A DNA stretch of 64,000 bases from an uncultured virus (IMG/VR IMGVR_UViG_3300028840_003967) (Duplodnaviria; Heunggongvirae; Uroviricota; Caudoviricetes): positions 1 to 64,000 of IMG/VR virus record IMGVR_UViG_3300028840_003967; one strand, given 5' to 3'. Each line of letters starts with the position of its first letter. The first letter of the stretch is position 1. Below the pieces are notes generated by a model that was not told the origin of the DNA, made no database searches, and worked only from the letters and a program-made list of their open reading frames with translations. Below are positions 15,550 to 24,877 of the stretch, in pieces. Made by a program: the position numbers and the translations under genes.

Positions 15550-16503
15550 CTAAACTCCTAGCCAGTTGGAACTTGTGAGGGCTTTAATGATCTGGAGATG
15601 GCTGCAAGAGCCAGGGTCTTCTTCCGGCCAGCGAACGTGCTTCAGGGGGCAGGAGCTACCCAATGTCATTTCCAGTATCGTCGTTCCCTCGTTGCCGTCC
15701 TCGTCATTGTCCAGTCCACCAACGAACGGTCCACCGATCTCCCGCAACTGTTTAACTTGGGCCTTTGAAACTTTGCAGTTCCCCAACCCGACGCCCAACA
15801 TCCGGGTCTGCTTGTACGTCTGACTCACTCGTATGGCATCGATTTCGCCCTCCACAATGACGTAGGCCAACGGTTCGTATCTCTGCCACTTCATGTGGCC
15901 AAAAAAGAGATGGTTGCTTTTCTTCAGCCCGAAGTATGGCATGTATCGTGGGATGCCGCTTTTGTTCACAATCGATCTTCCAGTGCATCCATAGAAATTC
16001 CCATCCGAATCATACCACGGAAACATCACACGATACTGTTCAAGATCGTAGCCAATCTCGTGAAAAGTCTTGGTTAGTGTACCGGATTTTCGGTACAACA
16101 CCCCACGCTGCCGAAGGTACGCATGAGCGAGTTCGAGATTCTCTCTTGACGTGAAGGGCGCATATCTCGAAGGCAAGACGATCTCGATTTGCTTCTTGTC
16201 TTTGCACGCGAAAAGAAGATTCTCCCTGTCAGTGAGTTCTATCCCGTACTCACCAAAGTCCTCTATGAACTCAAGCGCCTTCTCAAGAGTGAACTTCTTC
16301 AGTCGAGCTACGAGCGTGAGGAGCGTGCCGGAAGCCCTGCACCCGTAGCAATTGAATATCAGTTTCTCCGTGCTCACGCCGAACGAAGGACGATGCTCGT
16401 CATGGAAGGGACAAAGGCCGGTTATCTCGTTCCCCCTTGAAGTCATCTTCAGCCGCTCGATCTTCAACGTGTCCAACAAAAACATGAGTTCGTCACTTTC
16501 CAT
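15550..16503 (-). CDS. DnaG-type DNA primase (CHC2 Zn finger + TOPRIM)
   Basis: CPFHDEHRPSF..CYGC, VEGEIDA, LDNDEDG. Confidence 0.92.
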   Translation of the reverse strand: MESDELMFLLDTLKIERLKMTSRGNEITGLCPFHDEHRPSFGVSTEKLIFNCYGCRASGTLLTLVARLKKFTLEKALEFIEDFGEYGIELTDRENLLFACKDKKQIEIVLPSRYAPFTSRENLELAHAYLRQRGVLYRKSGTLTKTFHEIGYDLEQYRVMFPWYDSDGNFYGCTGRSIVNKSGIPRYMPYFGLKKSNHLFFGHMKWQRYEPLAYVIVEGEIDAIRVSQTYKQTRMLGVGLGNCKVSKAQVKQLREIGGPFVGGLDNDEDGNEGTTILEMTLGSSCPLKHVRWPEEDPGSCSHLQIIKALTSSNWLGV

Positions 16504-16513
16504 CACGTTCTCC

Positions 16514-16954
16514 TCAAAACGAATTAGAGGCTTCCCCATGTTTAGCGTGCCATTGACTATGGTGTGCAACACAAAGCCATCTTACGTTAAGTGGTTTAGC
16601 GTAATCGTCGTGATGTGCATGAACTTTTTTTGATCCACAAATTACACACGGTTGACGAGATAACTTCCCATTTTTAATAGCACGAAAAACAATGCATGTA
16701 GCCTTATTCTTATTCGGATAGCGTATTACATACTTTTTACCGTAATCTGGCGATTGTCTATTTCCCCGTTTTCTATCGAACGCCCGATAATACTCAATCC
16801 GTTTAAGTCTGTTTGCTTTAACATCTTTTTTCGTACATTTCTTACACTTATTCACACACCCGTCGCGCATTTCTCTGTGCGCATAAAAATCACACAGCTT
16901 TTGTCGCTTCCCACACTTGAAACATATTTTCGTTTTTTTCGTTTTTTTCTTCAT
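16514..16954 (-). CDS. HNH endonuclease (free-standing, AT-rich)
   Basis: CFKC..CKKC; PCVICG..HAHHDDY.KPLNVRWLC..HH..WH. Confidence 0.85.
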   Translation of the reverse strand: MKKKTKKTKICFKCGKRQKLCDFYAHREMRDGCVNKCKKCTKKDVKANRLKRIEYYRAFDRKRGNRQSPDYGKKYVIRYPNKNKATCIVFRAIKNGKLSRQPCVICGSKKVHAHHDDYAKPLNVRWLCVAHHSQWHAKHGEASNSF

Positions 16955-16993
16955 CTCAACACCTCCTGCCTTTCTATGTACAAAAGTATTTTC

Positions 16994-17815
16994 TCAGAAA
17001 GGAGCTACGTCGTCCGGTTTTTTCGCCAACAGTTCGGGAAACTCCTTGAATCCCTTCGGCCTAGTGTATGAGTACACAGGAAACGAATGCACAGGAAACG
17101 ACACGTCCTCGAATCGAACTTCAGCACCTTCCACAACACGATTCGGAGATTTCACAACATACTCATCCCATTCTGCTATATCGAAACACAAGTCCTCCAC
17201 AAACGCTTGAAAAGGCGCGTCTCTCAGCTTCTCCAGAAAACGGTGTCCGATCTGAATCACTTTATACTCCTCTCCCTTTTCATTGCGCCAAGTCTGATAC
17301 TCCCGATAATAGCACGTATCCGGCTCCTCTCGGCAAATACGGTCTATGATCGTCCAATGAATGATGTCCAAGCACTTGACGCTGGCTAGGACTCTCTCGA
17401 TCATGTGCCGGACGTTCTTGGACTCTTTCACCAAATTGAGAGCCGTGTACGTCCACAGGTAGTACACCACCTGATAGTTCTCCCCCTCGTAAGCATGTTC
17501 CTTTACGAGTTCTTCGTACAAGTCGAATTGCATACTGGACAACTTGAAACAATGACTTCTCTGTGCCGCTTTGCTTTCGATATACGTCCTAGTGCCGCTG
17601 TTGAGAAGATCGGGACAAAGGTCGTTGTCCGAATCCGTGGTCAGACGCTTCCACCGGTTTCCGCCGATCACAAGAGACAGGCGTTCGAAAATCTCCCCCG
17701 TAAGCTGCGCCGCGAACTGAGGCTTATTCACTTTGTTCCTCAACGTGATTCCAGGAAACAGATATGACCCATCCGCGTCACGTTTCCTGTAACGCCGCGT
17801 CACTCGTATGTTCAT
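16994..17815 (-). CDS. putative PD-(D/E)XK restriction-like endonuclease
   Basis: GEIFE...CPDLL...YIESKA. Confidence 0.5.
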   Translation of the reverse strand: MNIRVTRRYRKRDADGSYLFPGITLRNKVNKPQFAAQLTGEIFERLSLVIGGNRWKRLTTDSDNDLCPDLLNSGTRTYIESKAAQRSHCFKLSSMQFDLYEELVKEHAYEGENYQVVYYLWTYTALNLVKESKNVRHMIERVLASVKCLDIIHWTIIDRICREEPDTCYYREYQTWRNEKGEEYKVIQIGHRFLEKLRDAPFQAFVEDLCFDIAEWDEYVVKSPNRVVEGAEVRFEDVSFPVHSFPVYSYTRPKGFKEFPELLAKKPDDVAPF

Positions 17816-17818
17816 GGC

Positions 17819-19093
17819 TCACTCCATGATTTTGCGCATCTTGAACATCTTCCCTTTCTTCCCGCCCCGTGCTGCCCCTATTTCGCCAAGGTCAACAGGC
17901 TTCATGTTCATGTTGATGTGAACTTCCCCGTACTGCGTGTTCCTTCCCTTGATGATCTTGAGCACTCTAAACGGCCTATCTCTTCCTTCAGGCGCGATTA
18001 GTTCCAACACGATGTCCGATTCCTGTCCCACGGTATCGGACCAAGAAAGCGTTGCCACGCCGCCGCCTTTCTTCTTCCCTTCGGCTTGACGGTTCAACTG
18101 AACGGTTTGTAGGAAGAGAACTTTCCTAGCTTTCGCAATGCGCTTCGCTGTTCGAACGACCTTTATCAAGCGTTGGACTTCATCCCGAACGCCCGTGACT
18201 TCGTAGTGATAGATTCCGTCCACGAGAACAACATCGGGACCAAAGTTGTCGATCTCCCGCACAAGGCTGTCCAATCCTTGCGCCTCTATACTTTCTTCCC
18301 CGACGATCTGAATGACACCGCTGCACTTCTTCCTTGCCCGCAAACGCTTCTTGTATCGCTTTCTCTGGACGGGCTTCAAGGAACCACTCAGGAAATCCGT
18401 CCAGTTTAGTCTCGCGTCTATCGCGTCCAAACGATCCTCAAACTCTTGTTCGGACATTTCCTTTGTGATAATCAGCACCTTCGCCCCGCTCCAAAAGTAA
18501 TGCAGCGCGAACTTCAACAAGAGCCAACTCTTTCCGATGCCGAGACGTGCCGCTATCGTGATAAGATTTTCAGGTCGAAGAGATATGATGTACTTGTTCA
18601 ATTTCGGATACGGTGTATCAAAAACATCTCCGCTCATAAGCTGCTTCCTTCGTCGCACCACGGCGTTCTTGTAGCGCAACGTTCCTTTTTTCTTCCAATC
18701 GAGCGCCTTTGACGACGTGTGCAATGCCGTTGTTTCCAACCCTATCCGCAATTCGGAAATCGCTTTCGATACATCGCCTTGATCGATCAAAGGCGATATG
18801 TTTTTGCTGAGTTCCTTCAAGCGAATCAGGTTCTCACGCTCGACTAGTTGATCGCAGTAATACTCCATCCCTTCCTTCGTAGTGACAATCTTGAAGTCCT
18901 TGAACTTCCGCTTGAACGCGGCCTTGCTAGGCGGCTTGCCGTACTTCTCTTCGAAGTCTTGCAGAAAATTGAAATGCGCCGTGTACGTGTGGAACATGTC
19001 GCTCACGAATCCATACGCAGCAAACTTCGCTCTCGTTGCCTTGTTTCCGCGAAGCCAACGCGAGAGCACAAGGCGTTCAATGTTGACAGCCAC
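17819..19093 (-). CDS. DnaB-like replicative helicase
   Basis: ARLGIGKS, KEMS, VDGIY, QLNR, QESDIV, KGRN; GGAGG-GTG start. Confidence 0.92.
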   Translation of the reverse strand: MAVNIERLVLSRWLRGNKATRAKFAAYGFVSDMFHTYTAHFNFLQDFEEKYGKPPSKAAFKRKFKDFKIVTTKEGMEYYCDQLVERENLIRLKELSKNISPLIDQGDVSKAISELRIGLETTALHTSSKALDWKKKGTLRYKNAVVRRRKQLMSGDVFDTPYPKLNKYIISLRPENLITIAARLGIGKSWLLLKFALHYFWSGAKVLIITKEMSEQEFEDRLDAIDARLNWTDFLSGSLKPVQRKRYKKRLRARKKCSGVIQIVGEESIEAQGLDSLVREIDNFGPDVVLVDGIYHYEVTGVRDEVQRLIKVVRTAKRIAKARKVLFLQTVQLNRQAEGKKKGGGVATLSWSDTVGQESDIVLELIAPEGRDRPFRVLKIIKGRNTQYGEVHINMNMKPVDLGEIGAARGGKKGKMFKMRKIME

Positions 19094-19104
19094 GCGGTTT
19101 CCTC

Positions 19105-19779
19105 CTATCCCAACGGCAGCTTCCACCGGATTGTCGTTTTCTTGTGCTTGAAGTTCACGATCACTTTCCTCATCGCCTTCCAGAAGGCTTCCCACTCGTC
19201 TTCTCTTCCGCGATTGTACATGATGGCGGCAGGATGAAGGGACTTCACAAAGCTAACGCCGCCGATCTTCAGATTCGCGGGAATGTGAGTCAGCGCAAAA
19301 ACGCTTTCTGTCGCGCTGTTCCCTAGAAGAATCACGAGTCGAGGACGCGCGGCCCTCAGGATGCTTTGAAGCCGTGGCCTGCAATTCTCCAACTCTTTCG
19401 ACGTGGGTCGTCTGTTCTTCACTCGGTTGAAGTCGTTGCACGGGCGGCATCCGAGCGCATTAGTTATAAAGCAGTTCGAGTTCTTTCCCTTGTACCGGAG
19501 TTTGGCTCTTCGCATCGCGTTGTCGAGATTTTCTCCACACTCCCCGACAAACGGGACGCCTTCCTCGTCTTCCACTCTCCCCGGCGCTTCGCCAACCAAG
19601 ACGATGCCGCTATCCAGTTTTCCTTTCCCCCAAACCATGTTGGTCCGGTAAGCGGAAAACTCGCATTTCATACAACGACGCCACTTGTTTTGAACATCAC
19701 ACAACTTCTCAAAAGATGATTTCTTCTCGTATTGAATTGAAGACAGACAGCCAATCCCCTTCAGGGTACTCGTAGACAT
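19105..19779 (-). CDS. uracil-DNA glycosylase, family 4 (Fe-S)
   Basis: CMKC, VGEAPG..E...PFVG, NALGCRP, ENC, HPAA. Confidence 0.92.
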   Translation of the reverse strand: MSTSTLKGIGCLSSIQYEKKSSFEKLCDVQNKWRRCMKCEFSAYRTNMVWGKGKLDSGIVLVGEAPGRVEDEEGVPFVGECGENLDNAMRRAKLRYKGKNSNCFITNALGCRPCNDFNRVKNRRPTSKELENCRPRLQSILRAARPRLVILLGNSATESVFALTHIPANLKIGGVSFVKSLHPAAIMYNRGREDEWEAFWKAMRKVIVNFKHKKTTIRWKLPLG

Positions 19780-20137
19780 CGTTGTATTCCCCTTTCCACA
19801 GTCGTTGCGGGATGTTGCTGTGAATGGTGTGAGGAAAGAACCTGTCCCTGAACATTTCGAACTCGGCTTTACAAGACGTTCGAATCAGGTAGTTGTAACA
19901 AGCGGGTTCAATCACTTTCTCCGCGAGCTGAAGCCGCCAGATTTCATAGTCACAAAGCAAACAAACCACGGCGACCTTTTTCAACTGAATCGCCATGTAC
20001 TCCGCGTCTATGTTCGCCATGTCCAACGGACGTGCAAACGGTTTCATCACTTTCCATTTCGGCGGCGGCTTCAGCAACAAGACATCTACGTCGAGCGCGA
20101 AAAGCGGTAGAGACTCATTCGTCAGTGCCATCGTCAT
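19709..20137 (-). CDS. hypothetical protein (possible HAD-like fold)
   Basis: FALDVDVLL N-terminal DxD. Confidence 0.4.
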   Translation of the reverse strand: MTMALTNESLPLFALDVDVLLLKPPPKWKVMKPFARPLDMANIDAEYMAIQLKKVAVVCLLCDYEIWRLQLAEKVIEPACYNYLIRTSCKAEFEMFRDRFFPHTIHSNIPQRLWKGEYNDVYEYPEGDWLSVFNSIREEIIF

Positions 20138-20726
20138 CCCTCACTCGTTTCCGTTTCCACTTTGCCACTCGAATGCAATCAAGCGGCATGAAATTTTCTT
20201 CTAACAATCCCATTACACTGTCTCCAAAAGTCTTTTCAATTTCAATATCGGTCATTCGCGTTGTTACGACTGTTGGAAGAACTTGCTTATCCCTGAATTT
20301 CAGCACGTCATAAAACGCTGCAACCATTCCATCGTTGATAGCATACTTATCCGCTTGATGCTCTAGCTTCAATCCATCAATAATGAGAAAATCTATTCCT
20401 AGGATTTCATCAAACGCTGTTTCATCGAAGTTGCCTGTGTCGAATTTCAAAGCTGTGAGTTCTGAAAGCGAAAGAAGCTGGACTTTGAATCCATAAGCCA
20501 AAGCAGACATGCCGATCAAGTTTGCAAGCAAGCTCTTTCCGCTTTGATCCGCTCCTTGAATCAAAAGTCCTTCGCCCTTTGAAGCCTTGGACTTCATGTA
20601 CTTCATGTAGCTTCGAACAACCTTCCGTTCTTTTGAATTCCCGAGGAAGTTCTTCAACGACTTCCCAAGGAACTTTTTGCTGAAGCCGATTTGAAGCAAC
20701 TGCGTTTCGGTCATTTCAACTTCCAT
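20115..20726 (-). CDS. DnaC/IstB-like AAA+ helicase loader
   Basis: GLLIQGADQSGKS, FLIIDGL, PTVVTT. Confidence 0.85.
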   Translation of the reverse strand: MEVEMTETQLLQIGFSKKFLGKSLKNFLGNSKERKVVRSYMKYMKSKASKGEGLLIQGADQSGKSLLANLIGMSALAYGFKVQLLSLSELTALKFDTGNFDETAFDEILGIDFLIIDGLKLEHQADKYAINDGMVAAFYDVLKFRDKQVLPTVVTTRMTDIEIEKTFGDSVMGLLEENFMPLDCIRVAKWKRKRVRDDDGTDE

Positions 20727-20784
20727 GTTGAATCCTCCCAAGAACGCGCGCACGCGCATAAAAGAAGACTTCAATGACATCCTC

Positions 20785-20887
20785 TGTTACGATAGTAACA
20801 TAGGTGTCTCTATATATCACGAGCGAAGCGAGTGATATATAGAGACATATTATAATAATTATATTGCGTATGCAGTGTACTAGTACA
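20785..20887. promoter_or_regulatory. putative replication origin
   Basis: AT-rich gap with 16-bp IR TGTCTCTATATATCAC (20805-20820/20832-20847), plus TGTTAC-N4-GTAACA and TGTACTAGTACA palindromes, between initiator and loader. Confidence 0.55.
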
Positions 20888-20894
20888 AGAAGGT

Positions 20895-21506
20895 CTACAG
20901 GCGAAGACAGATGTTGCTGCGCATTTTGAAAAATGTTTCGGCGTCGTATTCCTGTTTCATTCGAACGAAGTTGTCGGCAAAGAACTCCAACATCAATTTT
21001 GTTTTCTTCCCCCCGAACTCCGTAAGCACTTTTCGAAGCAACGACAAGTGCCTTGTGTTGTCCGATTTCTTGCGCTTGCATTTCTGATCCTTTCGCCTAC
21101 CTAGAAGATCGAAGTAGTGCATCGCGTCCCTTGGTTGCCAATCTCGTGGATTTGAAGTCAAAGACTCCACGACATCGGGATTCTTCGATTCGACAGCCGC
21201 AAAGCGCCAAATCCAAGGCTTGACTTGTGTCTCTCGCTTCAATCCATTCAACCTCAACAACTTCTTCAGCCGCAACTTGTAGACGACCCGGTTTCCTTCC
21301 CCGGCGGATTTCCTCAGCACGCCCATTTCGACCAACTCGCTCAAATGCTTTTGTATCGTTGATCGAGATGTGTTCCTTATCCGCTTTAGCTCATTCAACG
21401 AAGGCAGTTTTCCTCTGTCGAAGTGCAAAAGCATTTCCGTCAGCGTAACTTTGGCTCCGTCGCTCAGGCCGGGACACCTACACACCAAGGCGATGTAGGT
21501 TTCCAC
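20895..21506 (-). CDS. winged-HTH replication initiator-like protein
   Basis: LSDGAK...PSLNEL...SRSTIQKHLSELVEMGVL...VYKL. Confidence 0.7.
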   Translation of the reverse strand: METYIALVCRCPGLSDGAKVTLTEMLLHFDRGKLPSLNELKRIRNTSRSTIQKHLSELVEMGVLRKSAGEGNRVVYKLRLKKLLRLNGLKRETQVKPWIWRFAAVESKNPDVVESLTSNPRDWQPRDAMHYFDLLGRRKDQKCKRKKSDNTRHLSLLRKVLTEFGGKKTKLMLEFFADNFVRMKQEYDAETFFKMRSNICLRL

Positions 21507-21521
21507 GATCCTTCTCCAAAG

Positions 21522-21779
21522 TTATCTCATTTGCCTCGCAAGTGCACGCAACGCTTTCTTCATGTCAGGCACTTCGACTTCAAGAACCTCGTCAACAGTT
21601 CTCTTCAGCTTCGCGACGGTCTGTTTGACGGATTCTCCTTTCGACGTGTCAATGGCGGCTTTCATTCCTGCCGTTGTTCCCATCGACTGGTATTCATGGC
21701 TCAACTTCACATCTTGCGAGAAAAACACTTCAACGATCTTTCCCGCCTTTTTCTTCGTCAGTTTCTTCTTTACTGTCAT
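21522..21779 (-). CDS. hypothetical protein
   Basis: ORF with AAGGAG RBS. Confidence 0.55.
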   Translation of the reverse strand: MTVKKKLTKKKAGKIVEVFFSQDVKLSHEYQSMGTTAGMKAAIDTSKGESVKQTVAKLKRTVDEVLEVEVPDMKKALRALARQMR

Positions 21780-22099
21780 GCCCTAATCTCCTTCTCCAGA
21801 CGTTTCTTGAGCGCCTGTATTTCTGCAAAGACACGCTCTGTAAACTTGGTTTCGCCGAAGCCTTTGCCGGGTTTGACTTGTTCCTCTTCGGCTATGCGCT
21901 CGTAGATTTCAATTTCTCCTTCCGTGTACCAGCGCCAGCCGTCTTTCGTTTTGAGAATCGGTTTGGGAATAACTTTCTTCCATTCCCATCTCCGAATCGT
22001 TTGCGGCCCGCGATGCAACTTCATCCCCAAGTATCTAGGAGAGAATACAGCAACTTCCGCATCTCCAATGAAGACTTTCTTTGTCAATGCTTGTGCCAC
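21776..22099 (-). CDS. MerR-type HTH DNA-binding protein
   Basis: QTIRRWEWKKVIPKP...GWRWYT; GGAGG-GTG start. Confidence 0.75.
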   Translation of the reverse strand: MAQALTKKVFIGDAEVAVFSPRYLGMKLHRGPQTIRRWEWKKVIPKPILKTKDGWRWYTEGEIEIYERIAEEEQVKPGKGFGETKFTERVFAEIQALKKRLEKEIRA

Positions 22100-22103
22100 T
22101 GGT

Positions 22104-22682
22104 CTACCTCCTACGTTCCGTGTACGACTTGAATGCCCGTATCTCTTTGACGATCCTACGACGCCAGTAGTCGTTTTCGTAGGCTTCTTCCAGGTCCACT
22201 TTTCTATAGTCGGAAAAGAAGAAAAAAGGATAGGGATAGGCTGCTTCTTTATGGCCGGTTCCATACAACAATTCCGGGATTCCCCCGTCGTTGAAGAAGG
22301 CTTTATACACGTCATTTCCGCAAACAATTACCAGTTTGGCTTTCGTTAAAAAGAGGCTGGTAAATTCGAAACAATTCCTGGCGCATGTCACGGTCATTTT
22401 TGAGATGCAGAACGTGACCGGGACTTGTAAACCTTCATGCCTAGCATCGAACCCACCGACATCCAAAAGCGTATCGAGAAACCAATGGGCTTTGGATGAA
22501 AACATGATGTTGGCTTCGCACATATCGGGAATAGTTGGTGCGGGCATGAGCATGACAGTATCCGCGTCCAAGTAACCCTTTGGACTTGTCAGTCGCGGAG
22601 TTCCGTGAAACTTCTTTCCGCACAAAGTACATGCCAACACTTTCTTCTTGAACTTCTTCAGGTTGATCTTACGTCTCGGCAT
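22104..22682 (-). CDS. divergent UDG family-4-fold protein
   Basis: CTLC..P.G..DAD...MPAP (for GEAP), FC..C..C, LVIVCG; HPA motif replaced. Confidence 0.55.
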   Translation of the reverse strand: MPRRKINLKKFKKKVLACTLCGKKFHGTPRLTSPKGYLDADTVMLMPAPTIPDMCEANIMFSSKAHWFLDTLLDVGGFDARHEGLQVPVTFCISKMTVTCARNCFEFTSLFLTKAKLVIVCGNDVYKAFFNDGGIPELLYGTGHKEAAYPYPFFFFSDYRKVDLEEAYENDYWRRRIVKEIRAFKSYTERRR

Positions 22683-23127
22683 CGTTTTTCTCCACAAGAA
22701 AGGCTTCGCTCATTTTCGTGTCGTACATCTTGGCGATGTCGTCTTCGGTCAAATCGCCGTCCGCGAACAGCCCTTCAACCTTCTCTTCTTCGATGATGGT
22801 TATCCGTGTCTGCGCCTTTTCGAGAACGCCACGATGCTTGAGCACTCTTTCCGCTTTGTCTGGATTGAACGCTCCTCTTTCCCGCGTTTCGATTGACATT
22901 TTCACGGAGCCGGATCGGACGACAAGATGATTTTCGTCTTCCTGTTCGCCCAATTCTTTGATAACAGGCATGAATGTGTTTTTGATTGCTTCTTCGCGTT
23001 TTTTGTTGTCCTTGTCCGCTTGCTTGAGTCCCATATACTCAAGCCCTTCTACTTCAGCTTTGTAGAGAGCCACGTTCTTGTCCTCTTCCGTCACAAGGCT
23101 TAACGGTTTCGCTTTTGCCTTTGCCAT
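22669..23127 (-). CDS. hypothetical protein
   Basis: GGAGAGG RBS, ORF. Confidence 0.55.
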   Translation of the reverse strand: MAKAKAKPLSLVTEEDKNVALYKAEVEGLEYMGLKQADKDNKKREEAIKNTFMPVIKELGEQEDENHLVVRSGSVKMSIETRERGAFNPDKAERVLKHRGVLEKAQTRITIIEEEKVEGLFADGDLTEDDIAKMYDTKMSEAFLVEKNDAET

Positions 23128-23141
23128 TCGCCTCTCCTTTC

Positions 23142-24689
23142 TCATGCGATGTACATATCCCGGTATCGAGGAATGTTCAACTTGTCTCGATACAACGGAA
23201 CTGCACGCTTGATGAAATGCCGACGACACATCGGAATCTCCCAATCGACACAATGGATTATCTTCGCATCCTTCTTCTTTTCCGCTTTCCGCCTGATCCT
23301 GCCCACAACTTGCTCCAAGTCTTGCTCTCCCCCAACCGTAGTTGTGATGAAAAGCCGATTCAGCGGGGGAATTGAAGCGCCCGACTTGATTAGCTGCATC
23401 GTCGCGACAACACAGCGGAGTTTCCTTTCCCGAAGCATGTTTTCGTACTTCTCGACTTTCTTTCGACTGCCGCCGAGCATGATTGCGACGCCTTTCTTGT
23501 AGACTCTTTTAATGGCTTTGCGTAGAGCCTTGGCGTGTGCCACTCGGTGTGTGACCACAAGAACGGAATTGCTCTTGTCCGCTTTCAATTCCTCGTACAC
23601 TCTCTGTGCGATGATCTCCGTTCTCTCCTCGCTCTCGGTGACAACATCCAGGACAACTTTGTAGTCGCGTTCGCCGTCAGGAGGAACCCTGATCTTCTTC
23701 TTCACGAATCGTCCATCGATCTTTGCTTTCACGATGCGGGTTATCTTTTTCGGCAGCCGTGTTTCCAACTTCAACAATTCAGCATCGGCGATAGGCAACG
23801 AGTTCTCGGTTTCTTTTCCAAACGTTCCTTCCATGCTATAGAATGCTGTACCGAATACTCGGTACATGACTTTGTGCATCCCGTCTTTCCTCTTAGGTGT
23901 TCCGGTGATTCCGATCCGATACGCGGCAGGACTTTGGTTGACGCATTCGAGGAAAGTTCTCGCGGGACAGACATGGCACTCATCGAACACAACACATCCG
24001 AAGTTCTTTTCCCATGTCTTCCAATGCTCTTGGCGTTTGAACCACGTCTGCGCCATGGCGACGGTGAAATGCGGGCCTAACGTAGCTTTCGGTCCTCGAA
24101 TGATCCCGATCTTTTCTTTGTACTCTTCGCCGAACGCCTTCATAAGATCGTGAATCCATGCGTTCATCACTACGCTCGTGTGAGTGAAGATGAGCGTCTT
24201 CTGTTCCAGTTGCATGGCCATGAGGATCACGCCGATAGTTTTTCCTGCAGCAACCTCCATCACATTGAGGTAAGTGCCCAACGGACGTTGCCTGTCTTCG
24301 GCCAGGATGTCTTTTCGGAATTGATCGAGAGAGACTTGTTGTTCCTTACGAGGAGAAACTTGAAGATCGGGATACGGTTCTTCGATGTCACAGAAGATTC
24401 TCTTGTCTATGACTTCTGCTCGGCCTAAAGCATCGTATGCGTCCTTACCTATAACGCCGCTTTCGAAGACGTATCCACGTGGAACGTAGATCGTCTTACC
24501 CTTCTCATCATACATCTCTATGTACTTCTCGACGTTCTTAATAAAGGCCGGATTTATGCCGGAATACTTCACAGCTTTCTGGAAAACAGGGTTGGGTATG
24601 GTCAAATGGTCCTTGATTCCTTCTCTTACCGATCTTCTGAATCCTGAGACACCAACTCTCCTTCCTACGACAAAGCGTAGACTTCCCAT
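23142..24689 (-). CDS. superfamily 2 DNA helicase
   Basis: AAGKT, DECH, TGTPKRKDG, QVVGRIRR. Confidence 0.92.
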   Translation of the reverse strand: MGSLRFVVGRRVGVSGFRRSVREGIKDHLTIPNPVFQKAVKYSGINPAFIKNVEKYIEMYDEKGKTIYVPRGYVFESGVIGKDAYDALGRAEVIDKRIFCDIEEPYPDLQVSPRKEQQVSLDQFRKDILAEDRQRPLGTYLNVMEVAAGKTIGVILMAMQLEQKTLIFTHTSVVMNAWIHDLMKAFGEEYKEKIGIIRGPKATLGPHFTVAMAQTWFKRQEHWKTWEKNFGCVVFDECHVCPARTFLECVNQSPAAYRIGITGTPKRKDGMHKVMYRVFGTAFYSMEGTFGKETENSLPIADAELLKLETRLPKKITRIVKAKIDGRFVKKKIRVPPDGERDYKVVLDVVTESEERTEIIAQRVYEELKADKSNSVLVVTHRVAHAKALRKAIKRVYKKGVAIMLGGSRKKVEKYENMLRERKLRCVVATMQLIKSGASIPPLNRLFITTTVGGEQDLEQVVGRIRRKAEKKKDAKIIHCVDWEIPMCRRHFIKRAVPLYRDKLNIPRYRDMYIA

Positions 24690-24783
24690 GAGAGGATTTC
24701 CCTTCTCTTGAAGCACTCCTACGCCCAAACGGCCCGGAAAATCGCAAGCTGTGAAAGCTGTGCGAGCTAACTGTTTTGGGGAA

Positions 24784-24812
24784 AGGCTAGGGGGTTCCAC
24801 ACGTTGTGTCAA
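24784..24812 (-). promoter_or_regulatory. sigma70-like promoter for replication module
   Basis: TTGACA-N17-TAGCCT. Confidence 0.65.
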
Positions 24813-24815
24813 GAG

Positions 24816-24845
24816 AAAAATAACTCCTTGTGGAGCAAGGAGTTA
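24816..24845 (-). terminator. terminator ending structural operon
   Basis: TAACTCCTTG CTCCA CAAGGAGTTA TTTTT. Confidence 0.75.
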
Positions 24846-24877
24846 AGGGGACAATCCAGGGGAAGCGCGAGCGTGGA

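Noticed and set aside
20716..21081. Alternative ORF spanning the palindromic AT-rich gap
   Set aside because: Overlaps both neighbours and has low-complexity translation; more likely non-coding origin sequence.
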